Shown piece by piece: positions 45,666 to 54,441 of a stretch of 64,000 bases of DNA (its first letter is position 1; each line of letters begins with the position of its first letter). The translations under genes and the position numbers were made by a program. The notes beneath the pieces are model-generated. The model ran no database searches, had not been told where the DNA came from, and worked only from the letters and a program-made list of their open reading frames with translations. This DNA comes from Candidatus Latescibacterota bacterium. GTDB taxonomy: Bacteria; Latescibacterota; UBA2968. Location of the stretch: the NCBI GenBank assembly GCA_965242535.1, contig OZ251458.1, positions 4,627,280 to 4,691,279 of the forward strand. The letters run 5' to 3'.

Positions 45666-46220
45666 ATGGAAGATATCAAAATATTGCGAGAAATGCTCAT
45701 CCCCGATGTTCAAATTCCATTGCAACCAAGACCGGGTAAGCCCTCTGTCGAACTAACAGATGATCAGGGCAAAACGAGTGCAAGGATAAAAGGGTTGCCC
45801 CATGACTCTGTCGTGATCAGAGCGGAGGCTTTTAAAGGCCCCCTAACCATCTTTCGAGGTTCAAAAAAGGAACGCAGACGGGCTGATTTTGTGATCGTAT
45901 CCAATGAGGACACAAAAAAGTGGATTGTCTGCATCGAAACCCAAGCGGGGAATCGCAAAAATGCGGCGGACATTAAAGCGCAATTAAAAGGCGCGCAATG
46001 CTTTGTGAGTTACTGCAAATGTATCGGAAGGTCATTTTGGGAATCGAAAAATTTTCTCGATAGCTACCAATACCGGTTCGTGTGCATGGCAAATATCAAC
46101 ATGGACAAGAGACCGACGCGTCCCAATAGGCACCCCTTGCACGACAGCACCGAGAAATTTCTGAAAATTTTTGGCGACGCGCACCATTTCAATAAATTGA
46201 TTCGGAGGGGATCCCGATAG
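45666..46220 (+). CDS. Small hypothetical protein, possible PD-(D/E)xK-like core
   Basis: Starts 6 nt after the ATPase stop. RRADFVIVSNEDTKKWIVCIETQAGNRK fits a D...ExQ/K nuclease-like motif (the ExQ variant is known from BglII). Tentative. Confidence 0.5.
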   Translation: MEDIKILREMLIPDVQIPLQPRPGKPSVELTDDQGKTSARIKGLPHDSVVIRAEAFKGPLTIFRGSKKERRRADFVIVSNEDTKKWIVCIETQAGNRKNAADIKAQLKGAQCFVSYCKCIGRSFWESKNFLDSYQYRFVCMANINMDKRPTRPNRHPLHDSTEKFLKIFGDAHHFNKLIRRGSR

Positions 46221-46244
46221 CCTGCCGCAAAGGAGTTGAAAACC

Positions 46245-47354
46245 ATGACATTACAAGCGGGGATCGTTGGGTGCGGGGGCATCAGCCGAAACCACGCCGC
46301 GGCGTATGCTGGCTTGAAGGACGTGGCCCTCGTCGCGCTGTGCGATGTGGATGTCGAGGCGCGCAACAGGCGTGGAGACGAACATGGCGTGCGCGCGCGC
46401 TACGCGGATTACGAGGAGATGTTCGCGGCGGAAAATTTGGATCTCGTCAGCATTTGCACGCACGCGCCCCTGCACGCGCCCATTGCCATGGCCGCCGCAA
46501 AAGCCGGCGTCCACGTTCTGTGTGAAAAGCCCTTGGCCGTCGATCTGCAAAGCGCCGATGCCATGATCGCGGCCTGTCGCGCGGCCGGGGTGCAACTCGC
46601 GGTGAGCCAGCAATATCGGTTTAGCCCGCTGTATCGGCGTGCCAAGGAATGGATCGCCCGTGGGCGGATCGGTCAATTGCGCGCCATCCGCGAGGTCGGC
46701 AAGGGCCGCGAGGCGGGTTTCGAGTTGATGGAAATGGGGGTACACTATTTTGACGAGATGGATTTTTTTATGGAGGGCATTGCTTGGGTTCACGCGCAGA
46801 TCACCTATCGAGGGCGGGAGGTCGGGGTCAAAGACATCGTACACAGCAGCGAATTGTGCAAGACCGATAGGCGCGACAATGGCATGGTCGCAGGAGACGC
46901 GATGATGATCCACATAGGCGGACGGGATGGGACTTCGGGCGCGATTGAACTCTACTGCCGCGCGTCTTGGGCAGGGTGGTTGGCAGGCCCCCACATCTTG
47001 GGGGACGAGGCGCAGATGATGATCAAACCCAATCCCACGAGCGGCAGGGACGAAATGTGGTATTGCCCCTGTGACGTGTCATTTGCGGCCCACACGCCGC
47101 GATGGGAACGGGTGGAAATCGAGGCGGAAGCCTTTGTCATCGATGGCGAGGCATGGCCTTCGCGCCATTCAATCTGGAGCGTGCGAGATGTGGTGCGCGC
47201 CATCCGCGAAGGCCGGCAACCCGAACTCGGCGGCGCGAAAGCGTGTGCGTCTTTGGAGTGCGTCAGCGCGGTGTACAAATCGCATTTCGCGGGCGGGCGC
47301 GCCCATTTGCCGTTGCGAGACCGCCGCCACCCGCTCGGCGCGCGCCTGCGATGA
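46245..47354 (+). CDS. Gfo/Idh/MocA family oxidoreductase
   Basis: AGIVGCGGISRNH Rossmann motif, CEKPLA motif. The ATG at 46245 lies 9 nt after AGGAG. Confidence 0.9.
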   Translation: MTLQAGIVGCGGISRNHAAAYAGLKDVALVALCDVDVEARNRRGDEHGVRARYADYEEMFAAENLDLVSICTHAPLHAPIAMAAAKAGVHVLCEKPLAVDLQSADAMIAACRAAGVQLAVSQQYRFSPLYRRAKEWIARGRIGQLRAIREVGKGREAGFELMEMGVHYFDEMDFFMEGIAWVHAQITYRGREVGVKDIVHSSELCKTDRRDNGMVAGDAMMIHIGGRDGTSGAIELYCRASWAGWLAGPHILGDEAQMMIKPNPTSGRDEMWYCPCDVSFAAHTPRWERVEIEAEAFVIDGEAWPSRHSIWSVRDVVRAIREGRQPELGGAKACASLECVSAVYKSHFAGGRAHLPLRDRRHPLGARLR

Positions 47355-47369
47355 GAAACGCCCCAACTC

Positions 47370-49025
47370 TCATAGCAAGCACACCTTGGCTTGCAATTCA
47401 TCCACGAGAACCTTTTGGTTTTCCGAATAATCCACGGGGATTTCGACGACGTGCACGCCGCCATCGGCATAGCATCGCGCCAAGAGGGGAACGATCCCGG
47501 CCGTGGATTCCACGCGATGCCCATGCGCGCCGTAACTCTCGGCGTAGGCGACGAAATCCGGGTTGCCAAATTCCAGACCGAAATCCGGAAGCCCCATGTC
47601 GTATTGCTTCCAGCGGATCATGCCGTAGGCATCGTCTCGCAAAATCAGGACGACGAGGTCGAGGCCGAGCCGGACCGCGGTTTCCAACTCTTGGCTGTTC
47701 ATCATAAACCCCCCGTCGCCGCAAATCGCCATCACCCGCCGATGGGGATGAAACCGCGTGGCTTCAATGGCCGAGGGCAACCCCGCGCCCATCGTCGCCA
47801 AGGCGTTGTCTAACAGCACGGTATTGGGTTGCGTGGTGGGGTAGTTGCGCGCAAACCAGATTTTGTACACGCCGTTGTCCAGCGCGATGATGCCGTCTTC
47901 GGGCATGACTTTTCGCACGTCCCAAACCAAGCGTTGGGGTTTGACCGGAAAGCCGTCGTCGTCTTCGCCGATGTGGATGTGTTCTCGAATTTGTTCGCGG
48001 ATCCGCACGTAATAGTCGAAATCGTGCGTCTCGGTTTTGCCGGCTTTGTCCGCGAGGCGGCGGATCGTGTTGGCGATGTCGCCCACCACCTCCAGTTGCG
48101 GAAAATACACATTGTCCACCACCGCAGACTTGAAGTTGATGTGGATCACGCGGGTCGCCCCCTCATCGTGCGACATGAAAAAGGGCGGTTTTTCCACCAC
48201 GTCGTGCCCGACATTGAGGATGAGGTCCGCGCGGTCGATGGCGCAGTGGAGATAGTCGCCATCGGACAATGCCGCAGTGCCCAAAAACAAGGGGTGGTCG
48301 TCTCCGACAACGCCCTTGCCGAGTTGGGTGTTGAAAAAGGGAATGCCGGTTTTGTCGAGAAAGTGCGACACGGATTCCCAGATGCGCTTGCGGTTGGCCC
48401 CCGCGCCCAAGAGCAGCAAAGGCCGCACGGAGTCTTTGATCATGCCCACGGCGTTGTCGATGGCGCGTTCATTGGCGTCGCCGCGCAGGCAAGTGCTGAT
48501 GTTGAAGACCGGGGTGGTGTGTTCGCCAACGGGTTCGAGGGCCACATCTTCCGGCAATTCCAGATGCACGGTGCCTGGGCGTTCTTCCTGTGCGAGGCGA
48601 AATGCCTCCCGCACCATCGAGGGGATCATGCCCACGTTGACGATTTGCCGCGTGTACTTCGTCAGGGGTTCCATCATCCGCACCACGTCGATGATCTGAA
48701 ATTGGCCCTGCTTGCTCTTTTTGATCGGCTTTTGGCCCGTGATCATGAGCAAGGGCATGCCGCCCAGCTGGGCATAGGCCGCGCCGGTCACAAAATTGGT
48801 CGCGCCTGGCCCGAGTGTGGCGAGGCAAACGCCTGCCTTGCCCGTCAACCGGCCATACGTGGCGGCCATAAACGCCGCGCCCTGTTCGTGCCGCGTCAAA
48901 ATGAGTTGGATGCGCGATTTGCGAAGGGCCTCCAAAAAAGCGAGATTTTCTTCGCCCGGCACGCCGTAAATATGCGTCACCCCTTCGTTTTCCAGCGCTT
49001 TGACAAACAAATCTGAAGCGTTCAT
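47370..49025 (-). CDS. Thiamine-pyrophosphate enzyme, acetolactate synthase large-subunit-like
   Basis: ASDLFVKALENEGVTHIYGVPGEENL N-terminus and GDGGFMMNSQELETAVR TPP-binding motif. The ATG at 49025 follows AGAGGA. Confidence 0.85.
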   Translation of the reverse strand: MNASDLFVKALENEGVTHIYGVPGEENLAFLEALRKSRIQLILTRHEQGAAFMAATYGRLTGKAGVCLATLGPGATNFVTGAAYAQLGGMPLLMITGQKPIKKSKQGQFQIIDVVRMMEPLTKYTRQIVNVGMIPSMVREAFRLAQEERPGTVHLELPEDVALEPVGEHTTPVFNISTCLRGDANERAIDNAVGMIKDSVRPLLLLGAGANRKRIWESVSHFLDKTGIPFFNTQLGKGVVGDDHPLFLGTAALSDGDYLHCAIDRADLILNVGHDVVEKPPFFMSHDEGATRVIHINFKSAVVDNVYFPQLEVVGDIANTIRRLADKAGKTETHDFDYYVRIREQIREHIHIGEDDDGFPVKPQRLVWDVRKVMPEDGIIALDNGVYKIWFARNYPTTQPNTVLLDNALATMGAGLPSAIEATRFHPHRRVMAICGDGGFMMNSQELETAVRLGLDLVVLILRDDAYGMIRWKQYDMGLPDFGLEFGNPDFVAYAESYGAHGHRVESTAGIVPLLARCYADGGVHVVEIPVDYSENQKVLVDELQAKVCLL

Positions 49026-49102
49026 GGTTTCCTCTTTGAATTGGAATCGGATTATTGGCAACTGCGAAAGACGCGGAACGGGGATAGCGGAAATTCATCG
49101 GC

Positions 49103-49126
49103 GGACAAGCGCGGGCCTGTCCCTAC
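49103..49126 (-). repeat. Solo REP-like hairpin (diverged)
   Basis: GGACAAGCGCGGGCCTGTCCCTAC followed by GGGTGATGGGG. Confidence 0.75.
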
Positions 49127-49147
49127 GGGTGATGGGGCGCTGTGTTC

Positions 49148-50224
49148 TTAGGTGGTTGCTTTTTTGGGCAGTGGATTTTGCCGATGGGCTTCTTCCATCA
49201 CGGCGATTTGCTTTCGCACCTGCGAGGGGGTAATGAGGAGTTGACCGTCGTTTTTGACCGCGTCATAGACGTTGTTGTAAAACCGTTCCGGGCCGCTTTC
49301 GACCGCGGTCTTTTCGTCGGCGAGTGTCCACGTTTCTTCGACCCAGTCGAGTTCTTCGCGGGTGTATTTTCTATCTACAGACCACGTCCACATCTCGTGC
49401 TTGGGCGCTTTTTTTGGATCGAAATAACGCCATGTCAACGCAGTCGCGCCGCCGGTTAGGCCGCCGTAGGTGCCGTCGATTGCGTACGTGTCGCGCTGTG
49501 GATGATGCAGGTAGTTGCTCACGACAATGTCGATTTGCGGGGCCTGCCGCTTTGGGTCGTACAACGTGACCGTGCAGTGGTCATCCGCGTCTCCGCCAAA
49601 GGGATTGTTGCAATCCATGCGGGCAAAGACGCGCGGGGTGCGGTCAAAGCCGAACAGGCAGAGGGCCTGATCGACTGCATGCGGCCCGGTGTTGAGCAAG
49701 CCGCCGCCCCAGTTTTCCTGATGGGTTTGCCAGTCCCAACGCCGCGCAAACCTGCCCCATGAGGATCGGATATAGACGATTTTGCCCAGAACGCCGGAGG
49801 CGATGACTTCCCGTATTTTGTCGAAAAACGGTTGCAACCGGTTGTTCTGAAACGGGGCAAAGACGCGGTGGTTGTCTTGGGCCGCGCGCGTGATGCGGTC
49901 GAATTGCGCCACGGTTTTGCAGGTGGGTTTTTCGCACACGACATGGCAGCCTGCGTTGAGAGCCGCAATGCTGGCGACCGGATGCAAGGGCTGGGGCAGG
50001 GCATTGACAAAGAGGTCGAACCCCCCGACTTCGATCATTTCCTCCCAGTCCCGATAGGCTTTGGCGCCGAATTGTTCGCGGGCATCGCGCCTGCGTTCGG
50101 GCAACTGATCCGAAACCGCTGCGATTTTGAATTTGTCGGGCGCTCGGCGCAGCCAGTCGGCGTGGATGCCATACCCACTGCGGCCCTGCCCCCCAATGGC
50201 AACGCGAATGATGTCGTCAGACAT
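49148..50224 (-). CDS. Gfo/Idh/MocA family oxidoreductase
   Basis: IRVAIGGQGRSG Rossmann motif, CEKPTC motif. ATG at 50224. Confidence 0.9.
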   Translation of the reverse strand: MSDDIIRVAIGGQGRSGYGIHADWLRRAPDKFKIAAVSDQLPERRRDAREQFGAKAYRDWEEMIEVGGFDLFVNALPQPLHPVASIAALNAGCHVVCEKPTCKTVAQFDRITRAAQDNHRVFAPFQNNRLQPFFDKIREVIASGVLGKIVYIRSSWGRFARRWDWQTHQENWGGGLLNTGPHAVDQALCLFGFDRTPRVFARMDCNNPFGGDADDHCTVTLYDPKRQAPQIDIVVSNYLHHPQRDTYAIDGTYGGLTGGATALTWRYFDPKKAPKHEMWTWSVDRKYTREELDWVEETWTLADEKTAVESGPERFYNNVYDAVKNDGQLLITPSQVRKQIAVMEEAHRQNPLPKKATT

Positions 50225-50314
50225 GGAATTCCTCTCTTTGGATAAACGTTTGATCATCGCTGTTTCGGGATAATCTATCGCGCCTTCAAAGCTCCTGTCA
50301 ACCCGTTTCTCGAG

Positions 50315-51586
50315 TCATTGGGAATCCGGGATGCCGCGGCGCAAGTAGATATTTGTTTTTAAGGGACTTTGATTGTCGCCGCCGATGCCGCCTGCATTTA
50401 GGCCGTGCGTGTAGAGCAGATAGTGACCGCCCGCGAAGTTTTGATCGGGTCGCGTCCAGTCCCACGCCTCTAGCGCGGGTAGCCAATTTGCCGCCGCGCC
50501 ATCGGATTTTGAAAGTTGCACGGGGGAACGCGCCGCGCCGTGGTCGTCGAGCACCGCGTAGAACAACTCCAACTCGGGGCTGAACCATTCGCACCGCTTT
50601 TTGTCTGGATGCGTCGCGTAAGCAAAGTGCCACCCGCCTTTGCCATCGCGTGAAAGCGAGGTCGCGCGGCCCCCTTCCATGTTCGCGCCATCGAGCGCGA
50701 CGGACAAATCCATCGCGTCCCACCCGTCCTCGCCGCGTTGCCACATCGCGCCGCTTGGGTACCCGGGATACGAGCAGAAGAACCGAGGCTGATCGCGTTC
50801 ATCCACCACGTGGTTGCCCACGCGCACGCTGTGTTGACTCTCGCCCCCATCCGGCGCGTAACACACGGCCCGCATCGTCTCCATCGTCAGCGCGTCTTCA
50901 AACCGCTCGCCCTCGTTCCACCACGTATCGCCCCCGTCTTCGGACCGCACATAGACCGCGGCGCGGCCCCGGCAATCGGCTGCGGATCCCGTGTCGCCAA
51001 AATGGAATTGGAAGACCACATGCACAGTGCCGGTTGGCCCCACGGTCAACGATTGCATAAAATGATTGTAGCCGGGCACGGGACTTATGGCGAGGGGGCG
51101 CGGCGCGTCCCAACTTTTCCCCGGTTTTTTTCGCCGATACCACAACTGCCACCGGTCCCCGCGCTCTCGATGCGCCAGATGCAGAGTGCCTTCGCGGTCC
51201 ACAGCCAAGCTGGGATACGTGGCCCCCGCGCCAACCGCCTCTGGATCGCGCCACGCATTCGGGTCTTCGGGCCTGTCCGACCACCGATAGACAAATGGCC
51301 CATGGTGCGCGCCGATCACCGCGTGCAATCGCCCATTGCGATCCAACGCCAGCGCAGGGCCGCAGTGGTTGTCGATGCCCGTCCCAATTTGAAAAGCCCG
51401 CGCCATCTCGCCCGACGCCCCATCGCAGACCCCGATCATGATTCGCGCCAAAGCCCCCTTTTGGGCAGGGGCATCCAACCACCCGATGAACAAGTTGCCA
51501 TCGCGCCGGATCAACTTCCCGCTCATGTTGTATCCGGTTCCCCGATCCGATCCCCGAGTCGAAATCAATGTGTCCACAACGCCCAT
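50315..51586 (-). CDS. BNR/sialidase-like beta-propeller protein (BNR_4-like, tentative)
   Basis: Asp-box-like SEDGGDTWW and repeated hydrophobic-G-x-hydrophobic-H strands (LHAVIGAHHGPF, LHLAHRERG, VHVVFQFHF). The start is uncertain (ATG 51586 or TTG 51622). Confidence 0.55.
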   Translation of the reverse strand: MGVVDTLISTRGSDRGTGYNMSGKLIRRDGNLFIGWLDAPAQKGALARIMIGVCDGASGEMARAFQIGTGIDNHCGPALALDRNGRLHAVIGAHHGPFVYRWSDRPEDPNAWRDPEAVGAGATYPSLAVDREGTLHLAHRERGDRWQLWYRRKKPGKSWDAPRPLAISPVPGYNHFMQSLTVGPTGTVHVVFQFHFGDTGSAADCRGRAAVYVRSEDGGDTWWNEGERFEDALTMETMRAVCYAPDGGESQHSVRVGNHVVDERDQPRFFCSYPGYPSGAMWQRGEDGWDAMDLSVALDGANMEGGRATSLSRDGKGGWHFAYATHPDKKRCEWFSPELELFYAVLDDHGAARSPVQLSKSDGAAANWLPALEAWDWTRPDQNFAGGHYLLYTHGLNAGGIGGDNQSPLKTNIYLRRGIPDSQ

Positions 51587-52030
51587 CCTTTTTTGAGATA
51601 ATAAATTGGTGGGGCTTTGCAATTTCCGTGCGGTTCAATTTTCGCGTCCCGGCGCGGGGGAATGAGGGGATGGAGACGAGAGGGAGATGCCTTGACGGAA
51701 ACAGAGGAAAGGGTTATTTTGGGCATGACAGGTTCCCGGTGTAAATGGGTGGTTTTTTATCTGAAAACGCATGCCCAATCTACAAAGGAGCCTGTCTTTT
51801 TGCAACCCCCAACCCGCCCGACACCTATTTATGCAACAAAGTCAATTGGTGGCGTCAAGGGGACCTATCCCCCCGGCCCCTTGTATCTTCCTCACAGGCA
51901 CAGGCGTTAGCCTACAACGGAGTGAAGCGAGTAACGGGGGTTAGGGTCCCCTCGCATTTTTTAGGGGCGTTGCGTTATACTTTTATCGCGTTGTGATTGA
52001 AGGGTGCAGTGAATTTCGAGGAGGTGCGAC

Positions 52031-53128
52031 ATGGCAGCGACACGGATGGCCGAAGTTGAGACGCGGCGGAAAACCGCCGTGATCGATTGCGATATTCACG
52101 TCACCATGAAATCGGGTGATGAGTGGTTTCGATATCTGCCCAAAGCCTGGCACGAGTACCACCGAACCATTGGCGGCCTCGGGCGAATGGGATCCGCGTA
52201 TCCCCGCGCCGTGCCCAATGCCGCACGCCACGATGCATGGCCGCCATCCGGGCCGCCGGGATCCGATTTGGCGTTTTTGCGCGCGCAACTGTTGGACGAG
52301 TGGGACATGGATTACGGTATTTTGACGCCTTTGATCGGCGTGGGCGGGCAACAAAATTTGGCTTATGCCGCGGCGATGGGACGCGCCGTGAACGATTGGC
52401 AAGCCGATGCGTGGCTCGGGCGCGAGCCTCGGTTGCGCGGGTCCGTGATCGTGCCCTACGAAGACGGGGATTTGGCCGCCGCAGAAATCGACCGCCTGGG
52501 CGATCGCCCGGGCTTTGTTCAGGTGCTGCTCATGGTGCGTACGATGGAACCCTTGGGCCGCCGCAAGTACTGGAAGATGTACGAGGCCGCGGTGCGAAAT
52601 GGATTGCCCATTGCGATTCATTTTGGCGGCACGGGCGCAGGGCCGATTACGGGCGCGGGCAAGCCATCTCATTACATCGAAGATCACGGCGGCATGCCCA
52701 CGGCCTTTCAGGCGCAGGTGACGAGTTTGGTGTACGAGGGCGTGTTTGAACACTTTCCGGAGTTGAAGGTGGTGTTGATCGAAGGCGGGTTTGCGTGGAT
52801 GCCCACGTTGATGTGGCGGTTGGATCGCTGTTACCGGCAGTTGAAGGTGGAGTTGCCGCATCTCAAACGCCCTCCGTCGGACTATATCCGCGATCATTTC
52901 TGGATCAGCACGCAACCGATGGAAGAACCCCCACAGCGCGATTACTTTTTCGAGATGATGGATCATCTCGACATGAACGACCGGTTGATGTTCGCCACGG
53001 ATTATCCCCACTGGGATTTTGACGCGCCCGACGCGGCGTTGCCCTCCGGCATGGACAAGCCCGTGCGCCGCGATATTCTCGCGGAGAACGCACGGGCTTT
53101 GTACAATTTGGCGGCCGCCACTCATTAG
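52031..53128 (+). CDS. Amidohydrolase_2 (PF04909-like) family protein
   Basis: VIDCDIHV metal-binding start and FATDYPHWDFD C-terminal motif. GGAGG RBS. Confidence 0.85.
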   Translation: MAATRMAEVETRRKTAVIDCDIHVTMKSGDEWFRYLPKAWHEYHRTIGGLGRMGSAYPRAVPNAARHDAWPPSGPPGSDLAFLRAQLLDEWDMDYGILTPLIGVGGQQNLAYAAAMGRAVNDWQADAWLGREPRLRGSVIVPYEDGDLAAAEIDRLGDRPGFVQVLLMVRTMEPLGRRKYWKMYEAAVRNGLPIAIHFGGTGAGPITGAGKPSHYIEDHGGMPTAFQAQVTSLVYEGVFEHFPELKVVLIEGGFAWMPTLMWRLDRCYRQLKVELPHLKRPPSDYIRDHFWISTQPMEEPPQRDYFFEMMDHLDMNDRLMFATDYPHWDFDAPDAALPSGMDKPVRRDILAENARALYNLAAATH

Positions 53129-53160
53129 CCTAAAAATGCCGGGGGCATAGACCCGCTTTT

Positions 53161-53340
53161 TTACATCAAATGGCGTCTATGCCGCGTGAGCAAGCGGTAG
53201 CCGAGATAGATCAGCGCGACTGCCGCCGCCACTTTCAGCGCGAACATCAAAACGCCGAGGAGCGCCATCAGCACGGCAAACGCGAAGACCCCGCCGATGA
53301 GCAACGCGATGATGCCGAACAACTTTGCCAACATCGTCAT
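53161..53340 (-). CDS. Small membrane protein (59 aa) translationally coupled to pspA
   Basis: Not in the ORF track (under 60 aa). MTMLAKLFGIIALLIGGVFAFAVLMALLGVLMFALKVAAAVALIYLGYRLLTRHRRHLM has two hydrophobic helices and a basic tail. Its ATG overlaps the pspA stop as ATGA. Confidence 0.5.
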   Translation of the reverse strand: MTMLAKLFGIIALLIGGVFAFAVLMALLGVLMFALKVAAAVALIYLGYRLLTRHRRHLM

Positions 53341-54017
53341 TCCTCCCGCTCGGATTCCGGATTCGTTTGTTTGACCTTTTCCTTCAACGCCCGAATCTCG
53401 GCCTCGACCCGTTGCTTTTGCTCCAGGTGGTCGAACTCCGCTTTGAGTTGCCCATCATCGCTCGCCGCCATCTCGGCATAGACCTCGGCGACCACCTCGT
53501 CGCGCACCACATCATCGACGAACTCGTCGTAGCGCGACCGCGCCTGCACATCGACCATCGCCACATCGCGCCGCGCTCGCGCCGCATCCATGCGAAGGGC
53601 CAACGCGCCCTGTTGCGCGCGGGCCGTCGCCAACTTGGCCTTCAAATCCGCGGCCCGATCCTTCAGGGTCTCCGTCGCGACCTCGGCTTCGGCCCGCGCC
53701 TTCTCCAGCGCGTCGATCGCCTCATCGGCCGCCACCTTCTGAACCAACGCCTTGCGCGCCAGATCCTCTTCGCCCGCGTCAAATGCGGCCTCGGCCTTGC
53801 GCGTCCACAGCGCGGCATCTTCCCGCTTCTGCGCCAGCCGGCGATCCAACAACCGCTCGTTGGCAATGGCATGCGCCACCGCGCCCCGCACGTCATCCAC
53901 TTCCGTCTGCATATCCCAAATCATCTGCCGCACCATCTTCTTCGGATCCTCGATCCGGTTCAAAACCTCGCCGACCTCCGCGCGAACCACATTCGCCAGC
54001 CTGCTCAAGGTACCCAT
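53337..54017 (-). CDS. pspA: PspA/IM30 family protein
   Basis: MGTLSRLANVVRAEVGEVLNRIEDPKKMVRQMIWDMQ is collinear with the E. coli PspA N-terminus. Coiled coil throughout. The ATG at 54017 follows AGGAG. Confidence 0.85.
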   Translation of the reverse strand: MGTLSRLANVVRAEVGEVLNRIEDPKKMVRQMIWDMQTEVDDVRGAVAHAIANERLLDRRLAQKREDAALWTRKAEAAFDAGEEDLARKALVQKVAADEAIDALEKARAEAEVATETLKDRAADLKAKLATARAQQGALALRMDAARARRDVAMVDVQARSRYDEFVDDVVRDEVVAEVYAEMAASDDGQLKAEFDHLEQKQRVEAEIRALKEKVKQTNPESEREE

Positions 54018-54222
54018 CTTGCTCTCCTTTCGGTTTGAGGTGTCGATACGTGCCCGACCCTTTCGCAATGTTCGTGCCAAAGATCATCCGTAGGGATATA
54101 AAACTATATTCCATTGTTTTTCATACAAATGCCGATCAAAAAAACCGCCTGCATTGGTGCGACAAACCAATACAGACGGTTAAATGCGCCGAAAGGGAGA
54201 AAGAGGGAGAAGATCCCGTCTC

Positions 54223-54441
54223 TCGTCTCGTATCTTCGGACAGGCACGGGGGCCTGTCCCTACGATTGCGATTGCCTCTCCCGTCTCCCGTCTCCCGTCT
54301 CCCGTCTTCCCGCCTCTCCCGTCTCCCGTCTCGTATCTTCGGACAGGCACAGGGGCCTGTCCCTACGATTGCGATTGCCTCTCACCTCTCCCGTCTCCCG
54401 TCTTCCCGCCTCTCCCGTCTCCCGTCTCCCCTCTCCCCGCC
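54223..54441 (-). repeat. Two tandem composite REP elements with heptamer tracts
   Basis: The hairpin GGACAGGCAC(G/A)GGGGCCTGTCCCTACGATTGCGATTGC occurs at 54238 and 54341, each followed by (TCTCCCG)n. The block ends at the PorV-like stop codon. Confidence 0.9.
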
